Of a DNA stretch of 59,160 bases, positions 41,654 to 51,486 are shown in pieces (position 1 is the first letter of the stretch; each line of letters begins with the position of its first letter). This DNA comes from Candidatus Thermosaccharophagus tengchongensis (GTDB taxonomy: Bacteria > Armatimonadota > Fervidibacteria > Fervidibacterales > Thermosaccharophagaceae). Made by a program: the position numbers and the translations under genes. Under the pieces are notes generated by a model. That model saw only the letters and a program-made list of their open reading frames with translations. It was not told where the DNA came from and made no database searches. The stretch is from NCBI GenBank assembly GCA_032161105.1, contig JAVHTD010000019.1. One strand, 5' to 3'.

Positions 41654-43416
41654 CTTTCCTCACCTCCTTCCACCTTAAGTTTTAATGCGTCGTCCCTCTC
41701 ATGTGCAGTAGAATCAACCGATGGCGCCCAAACTGCCTCCGCAAACCATCTGCCAACATTTTTGAGCTTGAAGGAGACAGGGAAAGCTTCACCGATGAAG
41801 CCCTCCGGTAAGCGCACGAGTTTGTTTTTGAACAGTGCAAATGCCGGTGCCTCAGAGGGATATAACTCTTCGCCGGATCTCAAGTCAACCTGTTCCCACT
41901 CTTTCGGCTGCGCTTCCAGATATGGGTTAAGTGCATCCTCACCGAAGGCAATCTCAAATTGATTCCTATGCAGGGAGCCGGATGCGAATAGCCATATTCT
42001 CCTTCTGGCAATGGCTTCAAGCCTCTCCAGTTCCTCACTGCCAGCTTGCACAAGCTCTGCAATCACTTTCGGGTGGGCGCACACAATTGCATCCACATTC
42101 GCCGGGTGAAGACTTGACTTGAGGAGCAATTCACGGCGCAACCTCAGCGCTATGGTTAGCGTTGACGGCACCTTACCAATGCCGCAATGTTCACATGGCT
42201 CCATTAACAGCTCTTCAAGGCTTAGACCTTGCCTTTGCCTCGTCAGCTCAATTACGCCGGTCGGGCTGAGAGTTACGATCCTTGTTTCAACCTCGTCCAA
42301 CGAGATCTCGCGTTGAAGGTGCTCTTGAAGTTTAACCCAATTGTGAGAACTCGGCATGTCAACGAAGTCAACGACTATAAGCCCGCTTATGTTTCGTATG
42401 CGCAACTGCCTCGCCAGCTCCTCTGCGGCTTCCATGTTTATTCGCAGGGTTGTTTCGTAAAGGTCACCAACTATTACATGCCCTGTGTTCACATCCACGC
42501 TTGTCAATGCTTCTGTTGTCTCAATCACGATGTAAGCCCCACTGGGCAACTTGACGACCCTTGAAAGCGCCCTCTCAATTTGCTCAGATACGCCATAGGC
42601 ATCAAACAGGGGCACCGGTGAATCATACAGCTTTATCCGTGTTGCCACCTGTGGCAAATACTGCGTTGCTAAATCAACCATGCGCTTATAGTGCTTTGGC
42701 GAGTCAATGACAATCTCATCCACCTTATGCGCCGTTGAAAATAAAACGCGCTCAATCAAATCCGGGCTGCGATGAAGCAATGACGGTGCTGGCATCTCAT
42801 CATACTTGCGCACTACATCTTTCCAAGTGCTGGTGAGTTCCCTTATGTCGTTTGCAATCTCAGCTTCGCTTCTTTCGGCAGCCTCAGGGTGAACATGCAC
42901 ACCACATTCAAGCGGGCGATACTTCTCAACTGTGCGCAGAAGCTTTTCCCTCACTCTCGGATTCGTTATCGCATGGGATACAGACGAGTGGTCTGCGCCC
43001 TGAGTTATCAACTCAACGAATCTGCCGCGAAGCGATATGCGAGTTGTCAACCTCGGGCATTTCTTTTCCCTTGGCTCGTGCACAACTTGCACAAGTATCG
43101 TTTGTCCCGGCTTGAGAGATTCTATGGGGATGCGAGTGAGATGGTTCACCGTTTCAACGCCAATTGAATGCGGGGCTATATCACTCGCTTGAAGGAAACC
43201 ATAGGTGCCTTCCTCAATCTTCACAAATGCTGCATCTATTGCGGGCACAAGCCTTTCAACCACACCTTTGTAAATGTTCCCCATGAGCTTGCGAGCGCGT
43301 TCAACCCCAAGTTTCTCAAGCCTGCCCGAGATAACCAGGGCTGACCAAATTTGTCCCATGCAAACGCTCATAAGCAGCAACGATTCGCTTTTGTGCTTGC
43401 CATCCTCGTCGCTCAT
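41650..43416 (-). CDS. rng: Rne/Rng family ribonuclease
   Basis: GNIYKG.V…AAFV S1 domain, TEALTSVDVNTG, LR.RNISG.IVVDFVDM and a Zn-link CEHC. Confidence 0.9.
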   Translation of the reverse strand: MSDEDGKHKSESLLLMSVCMGQIWSALVISGRLEKLGVERARKLMGNIYKGVVERLVPAIDAAFVKIEEGTYGFLQASDIAPHSIGVETVNHLTRIPIESLKPGQTILVQVVHEPREKKCPRLTTRISLRGRFVELITQGADHSSVSHAITNPRVREKLLRTVEKYRPLECGVHVHPEAAERSEAEIANDIRELTSTWKDVVRKYDEMPAPSLLHRSPDLIERVLFSTAHKVDEIVIDSPKHYKRMVDLATQYLPQVATRIKLYDSPVPLFDAYGVSEQIERALSRVVKLPSGAYIVIETTEALTSVDVNTGHVIVGDLYETTLRINMEAAEELARQLRIRNISGLIVVDFVDMPSSHNWVKLQEHLQREISLDEVETRIVTLSPTGVIELTRQRQGLSLEELLMEPCEHCGIGKVPSTLTIALRLRRELLLKSSLHPANVDAIVCAHPKVIAELVQAGSEELERLEAIARRRIWLFASGSLHRNQFEIAFGEDALNPYLEAQPKEWEQVDLRSGEELYPSEAPAFALFKNKLVRLPEGFIGEAFPVSFKLKNVGRWFAEAVWAPSVDSTAHERDDALKLKVEGGEER

Positions 43417-43580
43417 GGATGCATCACGCCTTTGCTTTCAGCGGCTCATCGGAGTTTGTGAATCATTTGATGGAGCTCTCTCAAGATTGTTTGACACGCT
43501 CAGGACAAATACAGTTTTCACCCATTGCGTAACTCGTCTTGTGCATTACAGCTTGGCATGCTGCAACTCCCATGGCGCGC

Positions 43581-45803
43581 CTATCGCTTTGATGAAGAAG
43601 ACCTCAAAGCGGCTTCCAATTTCATGATGGGCGTGGGGGTCATTTGGAAGCGCATGTCGCATTGGAGGCATCTTATGGCTTCGGCAACAGCTTCCTCAGC
43701 TGTAAAGCCGAGTTCAACCTCATCAAAGTTTCGCCTCCTCACACTTGGCTCAAGCTTCCTCGGCTTTACTCGCCCAAGATATGCAAATTCGTCAATCCTC
43801 CCCATCCATAAGCTGCGCTTCCCTATGAAGCCCTCCTCTGTCAGCTCCTCGTCAATGTCGCCATCCCCGCCGAAGAGCTTATCAATTGACGATGCAGCTA
43901 ACCTGCCATGAGCTATTGCCTCAATCACTGACGAAGGTCCGAGCACTATGTCTCCGCCAGCGAAAACCCTATCCCTGCTCGTTTGAAGCGTCTCCCCATT
44001 AACGGCGATTAAGCCTCTCCTTGTAAGCTCAACGCCAAATCCATCAGGTATCCTTGGGGCTTGCCCAATCGCCACAATGAGCGTATCAAAACGGAGTTTG
44101 AATTCCGAACCCTCAATCGGTATCGGTCTTGGGCGACCGGACTCATCCGGTGCGCCAAGCCTCATCCTGATGAGCTCAACGGTGACGGAGTCATCATCGC
44201 CGATTATGCGCTTCGGCGCAACGAGTTGCTCAATGCTAACTCCTTCCTCAAGGGCGGCTTCAACTTCCTCATCAAGTGCTGGCATCTCATTCCTCGTGCG
44301 GCGATAAAGGATCGTCACATTGTCAGCCCCAAGCCTTAATGCCACCCTTGAAGCGTCAATTGCAACATTGCCACCACCAACCACACCAACGCTTCTTCCG
44401 ATGGCGATCTCCTTGCCCATGTTCAGGAGCTTCAAAAATGTCAATCCGTCAATCACCCTGTGGTGTTCCTCGCCATCAATTCCGAGCTTGATCGCCCTCT
44501 GAGCCCCTATCGCTATCAGGACGGCGTCAAAGCCCTGTGAGAACAGCCAGTCAATGTTTTCAACGCTCGTTTGCGTGTGCAATTCAATCCCCAGTGAGAG
44601 TATCTCGTTCACCTCATCGGCTAACACATCCTTTGGCAGCCTATAGTGTGGTATGCCGTAACGCATCATTCCACCCGGCTCATCATTCTCGTCAAACACA
44701 GTGACACTGTAGCCGAGCTTCCTGAGGTAATATGCAGCGGTCAATCCAGCTGGTCCGGCGCCAATGATGGCGATGCGCTTCTCCTTTGGCGGCTTAAATG
44801 TTGAGCGTTCCTTCCATGTCGGCTTTGCGTTGTCGGCTGCGAAGCGCTTCAAAAGCCTAATTGCGATTGGCTCATTTAGCTCCTGTCTCCGACACGCATC
44901 CTCGCATGGATGCATGCACACCCTTCCGAGCACCCTTGGGAATGGCACCTTCTCACGGTTGACAGCCAATGCATCTTCAAACTTGCCCTCAGCTATTAGG
45001 CGGACATACCTTGGCACATCAATGCCAGCCGGACATGCGTATTTGCATGGCACAAGTGCCTTCTCCCTCGGCTTATCATCAAAGCTGACTTTGTCAAGCA
45101 ATGCCCCAGAGGGACACACCTCAACACATGTGCAGCAGAATCTGCATCCGGAATCCTCAAGGCGAGTATTGGGTGGTGGTCCAGCGAATGAGCTGTGACC
45201 ACGAAATATGAATCCGATTGCACCTATGCCCCTTGCCTCTTGGCATGCCTTTATGCAACGCTCGCAGAGTATGCACTTGTTTCGGTCAATCAATATGAGC
45301 GGCTCATCCTCAATGGGCTCAAAGCCCCTGTGAATATACTTTGGCTTTGGCAAGCCCTCCGGCAATCCAACTTCTTCAACAATGGAACGCAGCTCACATG
45401 CCTCCCACTTGTAGCAGCATCGCCATTCCACCGGGACATCGTGCTTGCACGACTTAAAATCGCATTTGCTTCTCTCATCGCATAGCAGGCATTCGCTGCA
45501 CGGGTAATCGCTCAGCAGCAGCCAGAGCACATGCTGCCTCATGCTCCTCACATTGGCGGTATTAGTGTGCACGACCATCCCATCCGAACATGGCAATGTG
45601 CATGATGTGTGAAAGCCCTTCATCCCTTCAACTTCCACGATGCACAACCTGCATGCGCCAGTTGGTGAAAGCCTTGGATGATAGCAAAGCGTCGGGATAC
45701 GAATGCCGGCTTGTCTCGCTGCGAGCAGGACGGTTGTCCCATCTGGGACTTTGATTTGAACGCCATCAATCGTCACATTAAGCCATCTGATTGACATTGC
45801 CAT
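43581..45803 (-). CDS. Fe-S flavoprotein: NuoG/HydA-like N-terminal Fe-S module fused to a GltD/NfnB-like FAD/NADPH domain
   Basis: IPTLC…GACRLC.VE…SC; CILCERC and CRFCCTCVEVCP; PC…CP…LGRVC..PCE..C.R; GAGPAG, GGGNVAID and YRR. Confidence 0.9.
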   Translation of the reverse strand: MAMSIRWLNVTIDGVQIKVPDGTTVLLAARQAGIRIPTLCYHPRLSPTGACRLCIVEVEGMKGFHTSCTLPCSDGMVVHTNTANVRSMRQHVLWLLLSDYPCSECLLCDERSKCDFKSCKHDVPVEWRCCYKWEACELRSIVEEVGLPEGLPKPKYIHRGFEPIEDEPLILIDRNKCILCERCIKACQEARGIGAIGFIFRGHSSFAGPPPNTRLEDSGCRFCCTCVEVCPSGALLDKVSFDDKPREKALVPCKYACPAGIDVPRYVRLIAEGKFEDALAVNREKVPFPRVLGRVCMHPCEDACRRQELNEPIAIRLLKRFAADNAKPTWKERSTFKPPKEKRIAIIGAGPAGLTAAYYLRKLGYSVTVFDENDEPGGMMRYGIPHYRLPKDVLADEVNEILSLGIELHTQTSVENIDWLFSQGFDAVLIAIGAQRAIKLGIDGEEHHRVIDGLTFLKLLNMGKEIAIGRSVGVVGGGNVAIDASRVALRLGADNVTILYRRTRNEMPALDEEVEAALEEGVSIEQLVAPKRIIGDDDSVTVELIRMRLGAPDESGRPRPIPIEGSEFKLRFDTLIVAIGQAPRIPDGFGVELTRRGLIAVNGETLQTSRDRVFAGGDIVLGPSSVIEAIAHGRLAASSIDKLFGGDGDIDEELTEEGFIGKRSLWMGRIDEFAYLGRVKPRKLEPSVRRRNFDEVELGFTAEEAVAEAIRCLQCDMRFQMTPTPIMKLEAALRSSSSKR

Positions 45804-45836
45804 CGCACCTCAACAAGTCCCATGTCGCCGGCTGCA

Positions 45837-46322
45837 TTATGTTTGCCCCTGCTCCCCCTTTCCCTCCTTATCCATGTGCTCCCTCAGCAGCCTTTCAACG
45901 CTTGAGATGGTTTGGCGACCATGAACTTGGTCATCAATTGCCACAACCGGAGCCATGCCGCAGCACCCCAAGCATGCCACTCTCTCAAGTGTGAACATGC
46001 CATCCTTTGTTGTCTCCCCCGCCTTCACGCCGAGTCTCTGTGAAACATAGTTGAAGATGTCTTGCCCACCCATCATGTGGCATGCTGTGCCGAGGCAAAT
46101 CTTCACCGTGTGCTTTCCCCTTGGCACGAGCCTGAATTGCGCATAGAATGTGAGCACCTCATATACCTCAACCTCAAAAATGCCGAGCCACTTTGCCACC
46201 TTCCTGATTGATTCGCTTGGGACATAGCCGCAAGCGGATTGTATCTCTTGAAGCAACGGTATTAGGCTGCTCCTCTCCCTTCCGTGTTTTTCAATCAGCG
46301 CATCAATGTCAATGCACTCCAT
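45837..46322 (-). CDS. nuoE: NuoE/HydC-like [2Fe-2S] subunit
   Basis: LIPLLQ.IQ..GY.P, TFY..F, C.GTACH and CLGCC..AP. Confidence 0.9.
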   Translation of the reverse strand: MECIDIDALIEKHGRERSSLIPLLQEIQSACGYVPSESIRKVAKWLGIFEVEVYEVLTFYAQFRLVPRGKHTVKICLGTACHMMGGQDIFNYVSQRLGVKAGETTKDGMFTLERVACLGCCGMAPVVAIDDQVHGRQTISSVERLLREHMDKEGKGEQGQT

Positions 46323-46441
46323 TCCCTCTCACTCCACATCACAGGTTGCCGTCAAGTCAGGATTGCAACTCAGTTGCCGACTGACCCAATCATATGCAGT
46401 ATAATGTCGTTGGGTTGCTTCAGTGCGGGGGTGTCTGCAGT

Positions 46442-47401
46442 ATGGCGACATTCATTGGGCTCGGCGAGGGCTTAATCAGGCTCTCCCCTCCAGATCATCA
46501 ACGAATAGAGCAGGCGCAGGTATTTGAGGTTCAAATTGGTGGAGCTGAGTTGAATGTGTGCGTTGCGCTATCACGCTTGGGTGTTGAGACCGCTTGGATA
46601 TCAAAGCTCACGAATAATTCAATTGGCAGGTTGATAACCAACCGTGCGCGACAATACGGGGTTGATGTTTCAAGGGTTGTCTGGACAGACACTGGGCGTG
46701 TTGGTCTTTACTTCTTTGAGGTTGGTTCAACACCGAGAGCCAATACCGTCATCTATGATAGGGCGCATTCAGCCGTTAACACATTGAGTTGTGATGAGCT
46801 TGACTGGGAATTTATCTCAAGGGCAAAGGTCATGCATATGACCGGCATCACACCGGCACTGAGTGAGAATGCGAAGCGACTTGTTAAGGATGTTGTCGTG
46901 CGCTTGAAGGGGAGTGGCGTGCTGCTCAGCTTTGATGTAAACTACCGAAGCAAGCTCTGGACAGTTGAGGAAGCCCGTCAGACCCTTATTGAGCTGCTTC
47001 CAAAGGTTGATTTCCTGTTTGTGACGCTTGAGGATGCGAGGTCTGTAATCGGATTAAATGGAACTCCCGAGGAGATAGTCAAGCAGCTGCGGAGGGAGTT
47101 TGCCAGAATGGTTGCGATGCTCACATTCAGTGAGGGCGGTGCAATGGCATGTCCCGATGGCTCAACAGTTTACTATCAACCGCCATATAAGTTAACTGTG
47201 GTTGACCGGCTGGGTGCTGGTGATGCCTTTGTTGCAGGTGCTATCTTTGGGTGGTTAAACAAAGAGCCATGGGAGAAGTGCTTAGCTAACGCTGTGGCTA
47301 TGGCTGCGCTCAAATGCACGATACCGGGTGACTTTGCAATCATTGAAAGGGATGAACTTGAAACGCTGCTGAGCAGTTCAGCGATAGCGGTGAGAAGGTG
47401 A
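46442..47401 (+). CDS. PfkB-family sugar kinase (KdgK-like)
   Basis: GE.LIRL, GGAELNV, YDRA.SA, SFDVNYR.KLW and VDRLGAGDAF. Confidence 0.88.
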   Translation: MATFIGLGEGLIRLSPPDHQRIEQAQVFEVQIGGAELNVCVALSRLGVETAWISKLTNNSIGRLITNRARQYGVDVSRVVWTDTGRVGLYFFEVGSTPRANTVIYDRAHSAVNTLSCDELDWEFISRAKVMHMTGITPALSENAKRLVKDVVVRLKGSGVLLSFDVNYRSKLWTVEEARQTLIELLPKVDFLFVTLEDARSVIGLNGTPEEIVKQLRREFARMVAMLTFSEGGAMACPDGSTVYYQPPYKLTVVDRLGAGDAFVAGAIFGWLNKEPWEKCLANAVAMAALKCTIPGDFAIIERDELETLLSSSAIAVRR

Positions 47402-47416
47402 AAGGGGCGAAGTGAA

Positions 47417-48685
47417 ATGAGAATTGAAGTCCGCCTTGAACCAGTTCCCAAGACAAAGCTTGTCTTGCGCCGTCCGCCGGATGACTTCCTTGCCCTCCTT
47501 TCAAAGCCCAGTTCGGAGCTTGAGGCGTTGATTGGACAGATTGAGAGCCATCCGCTGTTTCGCCAACTTGTTTCGGTGGGCATCGTGCGCAAGATATGCT
47601 TTAGGAGTTTCACAACCGCAGAGCAGCCGAGTGAGAGCGCCATTAAATGGCTGAATGACTTCATCGCAAGGTATGGCATAGACAAGCATCCCAACTGGCA
47701 AGCCGACTTCTTTTCACCGAACGCCATAAGCCGTGTTGAGGAACTCGCAAGAAGATACTCAGTGCCACTGCTTCAGGTCAGGAGGGCTTTAAAGCGAATA
47801 AGGTTGTTGCTTGCCGAAGAGCAGAGGGAGGGAAGGCAAAAAGCTGTTGAGCAGGGCGGTGAAAGTTTGCTTGAGCCGACTTCAAGTTATACCAACCTGT
47901 CGGAGGAAGTGGCGCAGATAGAGGAGTTCGTTAAGAAGTATGGCATCCCAGAGCGCGACTTCCTCAAGATTTGGGAGGGCGAAATGGGCGTTGATGAGTT
48001 GTGTGCGCGGTATGGCTGCTCAGTTCCGGAGGCGAGAAGGTTAGTTGGATGCATAAACCGTGTTCAGATACACGAGATGTTTGTGGGTGAGGAGCCGACG
48101 GTTAAGCCATTGCCGCAAGCAGTCAGCGGCGTCTCCTTTGAAGTTGTAGCGTATGTTTCGGCGAGGAGCGATGGGACGCTCTCAATTCAATTCCGAGATG
48201 AGCAAATCTATGCAGCAAGGTATGTGATTGATGAAGAGGGTTTGAGAACCTTCCTTCGCTCTCACCCGAGTGAAGAGCTTGAGCGCATAGTTAGCCTGTT
48301 GCGCTACATAAACAGGTGGCGCAGCTTGCTTGCGAGAGTTGTGTGGACGATATGCTATCACCAACGCCGATTTATATTCATCGGGGACAGGGCTTTGCTA
48401 AAACCGCTATCACAAGCTGAGGTGGCAAGGGAACTCGGGCATCACCGCTCCCACATATGCCGAGTGATAAGGCATCGTGGGATAGCAACGCGCCATGGGA
48501 AATACCCACTTAGCGAATTGTGTGCCTCAAAGGAGCAAGTCATACGGAGCATCGCTGAGCGATACCCTGAGTGGACTGACCGCCAGATAGCTGAATTTCT
48601 CTTCGTGACACATGGGCTGAAGATTCCGCGCCGAACTGTCTCCTACCACCGAGCAAAGGTGAGGCGTGAAAGTGAGCGTCATTGA
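47417..48685 (+). CDS. Divergent sigma54 (RpoN)-like protein
   Basis: Region-I-like N-terminus, LKPLSQAEVARELG HTH and the RpoN-box-like RRTVSYHR. Confidence 0.7.
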   Translation: MRIEVRLEPVPKTKLVLRRPPDDFLALLSKPSSELEALIGQIESHPLFRQLVSVGIVRKICFRSFTTAEQPSESAIKWLNDFIARYGIDKHPNWQADFFSPNAISRVEELARRYSVPLLQVRRALKRIRLLLAEEQREGRQKAVEQGGESLLEPTSSYTNLSEEVAQIEEFVKKYGIPERDFLKIWEGEMGVDELCARYGCSVPEARRLVGCINRVQIHEMFVGEEPTVKPLPQAVSGVSFEVVAYVSARSDGTLSIQFRDEQIYAARYVIDEEGLRTFLRSHPSEELERIVSLLRYINRWRSLLARVVWTICYHQRRFIFIGDRALLKPLSQAEVARELGHHRSHICRVIRHRGIATRHGKYPLSELCASKEQVIRSIAERYPEWTDRQIAEFLFVTHGLKIPRRTVSYHRAKVRRESERH

Positions 48686-48898
48686 GGTGGCATGTGGCAT
48701 TGTGCAAACTCAGACGAAGTATGAGTTTGTTTTCCCTCAAGCAAAATGGTTGCCAGTATGCAATCAAACCCCTCTTTACGAAATTGCATGTGAGCGCCAA
48801 AATGCTGTATGCGTGAGCCTAATGCGGCTGCGTTGGATGCTTTTTGGGTGTGCGTTGCTTGCAGGGTGGGAGCAAATTCAAATGTGGAGGTGATAGAT

Positions 48899-50044
48899 AT
48901 GGGGATGGTTGACCTGCGTCCACAGAAGGTTAGGCGCAGCCCTGATGAGCTCATTCAACACCTCAAGACATTTGAGCTTGACCTGAAGTTCTCGGCTGGG
49001 ATTTGGTATTTTTCGCCGGCGGCATCAAGGTTTCACGCACCGTATGGCGAGCAATTGGACATACCAAGGCGTTTGGAGATAGCGGCAAAGCTTGCCGACT
49101 ACGGTTTAAAGGCGCTTGAGGCGCATTACCCGAACGAGTTAAGCGATGAAAACCTTGACCTATGGAAGCAGTTCTCCAAGGACACGGGCATTAGGGTGTT
49201 AACGGTCGTCCCGAACCTGTTCTATGAGCCAACATTTGAGTTTGGCTCATTATCATCGCCACTCCCTGAAGTGCGCCAGAAGGCGATAGAGCGCACAATA
49301 CGAACGCTCGAAATCAACAGGGAACTTGATTGCGATTTCGCGATTGTCTGGCCCGGGATTGACGGATACGAGAACCCGTTTGGGCTTGATTTTTACGGAA
49401 TGTGGGATAGGTTTGAGGAAGGGCTTGCAGAGGCTATGGATGCAGTCCCGGGTGTGAGAGTGGCGCTTGAACCAAAGCCATATGAACCAAGGGGAAACAA
49501 CATCTATCGCAACACCGCAGATGGCATACTTATGGCTGAGCATGTTGAGCGGCGGCTGAAGAATGAGGAAAATAAGCGTTTGCTCGCCGAAGGGCATGCA
49601 CTTGTTGCGCTTAACCCGGAGGTTGGACATGTCTTGATGGGGTTTGAAGATTTGCCATATGCCCTTGCAAGGATACTCCGTGAGGGCAGGCTTGCGCACA
49701 CTCACTGGAATAGCCAACCACTCGGGAATTACGACCAAGACTTGAATATTGGCGTTGTCATGCCGGAGCAAACGGAGGCTGCATTGTATGTGCTCAAAAT
49801 GTATGGGTATACTGGCTACTTCGGCATAGACATCAACCCGGAGAGAATGCCAGTTGAGAGGGCGCTTAAGAACTGCATGGATGCGCTCAGAGCCGCAAAC
49901 GATCGCATAAACAGCCTTGATCATGAACGCATTGTTTGGGCAATGTATCACCCTGACAAAGCAAGGGGATGGATTGAAGCCTACCTCATCAGGATGCGTG
50001 CCCTGCATCCCGAGATTTTGCCGCCACTTGAAGACCCAATGTAG
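48899..50044 (+). CDS. Xylose isomerase-family TIM-barrel sugar isomerase
   Basis: WPG.DG, EPKPYEPR, NPEVGH and H.NSQ…YDQD metal-binding motifs; SD GGAGGTG before ATG 48899. Confidence 0.85.
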   Translation: MGMVDLRPQKVRRSPDELIQHLKTFELDLKFSAGIWYFSPAASRFHAPYGEQLDIPRRLEIAAKLADYGLKALEAHYPNELSDENLDLWKQFSKDTGIRVLTVVPNLFYEPTFEFGSLSSPLPEVRQKAIERTIRTLEINRELDCDFAIVWPGIDGYENPFGLDFYGMWDRFEEGLAEAMDAVPGVRVALEPKPYEPRGNNIYRNTADGILMAEHVERRLKNEENKRLLAEGHALVALNPEVGHVLMGFEDLPYALARILREGRLAHTHWNSQPLGNYDQDLNIGVVMPEQTEAALYVLKMYGYTGYFGIDINPERMPVERALKNCMDALRAANDRINSLDHERIVWAMYHPDKARGWIEAYLIRMRALHPEILPPLEDPM

Positions 50045-50121
50045 TCAAATTTTGGGAACTCAAGCATCGGCAATCGCTAAGCTGCCACAGGAGCAAAAGG
50101 GGTAAATCCGTTTCGGTAAAC

Positions 50122-50150
50122 AGGGGCGCATGGGAATGCGCCCGAAAAGG
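50122..50150. repeat. Left-half REP element (GGGCGCAT-GGGA-ATGCGCCC-GAAAAGG)
   Basis: Matches the left arm of the full elements at 51317 and 53727. Confidence 0.75.
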
Positions 50151-50213
50151 AGGATTATGCTATATCCGCCTCAAAGTGGCTTCCCGCGGGCAATGTCTGC
50201 AGGTGGAAGTTAA

Positions 50214-51320
50214 ATGCGTCCCAGCAAAGGTTACGGTGGCGATGTGGACGAAAAAGTTTGGCAAAGAATTGAGGCGTCAATGAACTTTGAGGAAGGCGAC
50301 AGGGTGCCAATTTGGGACTATATTGACAACCCCGCAGTCGTCGCTTACTTCCGTCAAGAGGGTGACGATTACGAAACCGCAATGGTCCGCACCTATCACG
50401 GGCTCGGCATTGACCTTTGCAGAGGCTACGGCAGTTCTTTTGAGCCATCTCAAGAAGGCACGGTTATCGGCGAAGGCAAAGGGCAGCACAAAATCAGCGG
50501 TCAAACTGCGTGGAAAGTTCGCTACGAAATTGAGAGCATTGACGAGTTGAGGGAGTATGTCCGAAAGGCTGAACCCGTCTCGTGGGATTGGATTCGCAAT
50601 TACTGGGTCAACTGGGTGCGCGAGCAACAGCGTAAATTTGCACCATTGACAGTTTATGTGCCCGGGCACGGTTGTGGGTTTCACGATGCCTACGGCTTGA
50701 TGGGACAGGAACGATTTGCCTACGCCATCTACGATGCCCCGAAAGAAGTTAGAGCGCTGCTTGAAATCACTGGCGAAACTGCCTACAGGTTCGCGAAAGT
50801 GGCTGCGGAGGAGCAACTTTGCCCGCTTTATTTCATCGGCGACGACATCGCTTACAAGAACGGTTTGTTGTTTTCGCCTTCGTTTTTGCGTGAAACTTTC
50901 CTGCCGATGCTGCGAAGGTGCATTGAGCCGCTTCACGACGCTGGCATCAAAGTCATTTTCCACAGCGATGGCAACTTGTGGCAAATCCTTGACGATTTGT
51001 TGGATGCAGGCATTGACGGCTTGAACCCGATTGAGCCGTTGGCAGGGATGGATTTAGGGGAATTGAAGCGCCGATATGGAAAGCGTTTGATTTTGGTTGG
51101 CGGGATTGACTGCTCGGTGCTCTTGCCGCTTGGCACGCCCGAGCAAATACGCAAGGCAGTTAAGGAAGCGATTAAAATTGCTGCGCCGGGCGGAGGTTTT
51201 TTCATCGGCTCTTCAAGCGAAATCAATCCCGCCATACCGCTTGAAAATGTTCTCGTCTTCTTTGAGGCTTGCAGGACTTATGGGCAATATTCGGTTCAGC
51301 AGGAGTTACGCAGGATGTAG
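50214..51320 (+). CDS. Uroporphyrinogen decarboxylase (URO-D/MtaA)-family protein
   Basis: DRVPI, GDDIAYK…FSP, FHSDGN, DGLNPIEP.AGMD, GGID…L..GTP and GGGF. Confidence 0.88.
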   Translation: MRPSKGYGGDVDEKVWQRIEASMNFEEGDRVPIWDYIDNPAVVAYFRQEGDDYETAMVRTYHGLGIDLCRGYGSSFEPSQEGTVIGEGKGQHKISGQTAWKVRYEIESIDELREYVRKAEPVSWDWIRNYWVNWVREQQRKFAPLTVYVPGHGCGFHDAYGLMGQERFAYAIYDAPKEVRALLEITGETAYRFAKVAAEEQLCPLYFIGDDIAYKNGLLFSPSFLRETFLPMLRRCIEPLHDAGIKVIFHSDGNLWQILDDLLDAGIDGLNPIEPLAGMDLGELKRRYGKRLILVGGIDCSVLLPLGTPEQIRKAVKEAIKIAAPGGGFFIGSSSEINPAIPLENVLVFFEACRTYGQYSVQQELRRM

Positions 51321-51381
51321 GGGCGCATGAAATGCGCCCGAAATGCGCCCGAAAAGGCGGGCGGGTTTCACCCGCCCCTAC
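51317..51381. repeat. GTAG-type REP doublet (REPIN/BIME-like)
   Basis: GTAG-GGGCGCAT…ATGCGCCC, 11-bp units, then GGGCGGGTTTCACCCGCCC-CTAC; its GTAG supplies the uroD-like stop codon. Confidence 0.85.
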
Positions 51382-51486
51382 CAATTGGATGTCACTCATT
51401 CTGGTGGGCTTGGTTGCTACATGAGGAAGGTAGATGGGTGGTTGTTCAATGGTGCTTGCGATTGCTAAAATGCTCACAAGGAGGGG

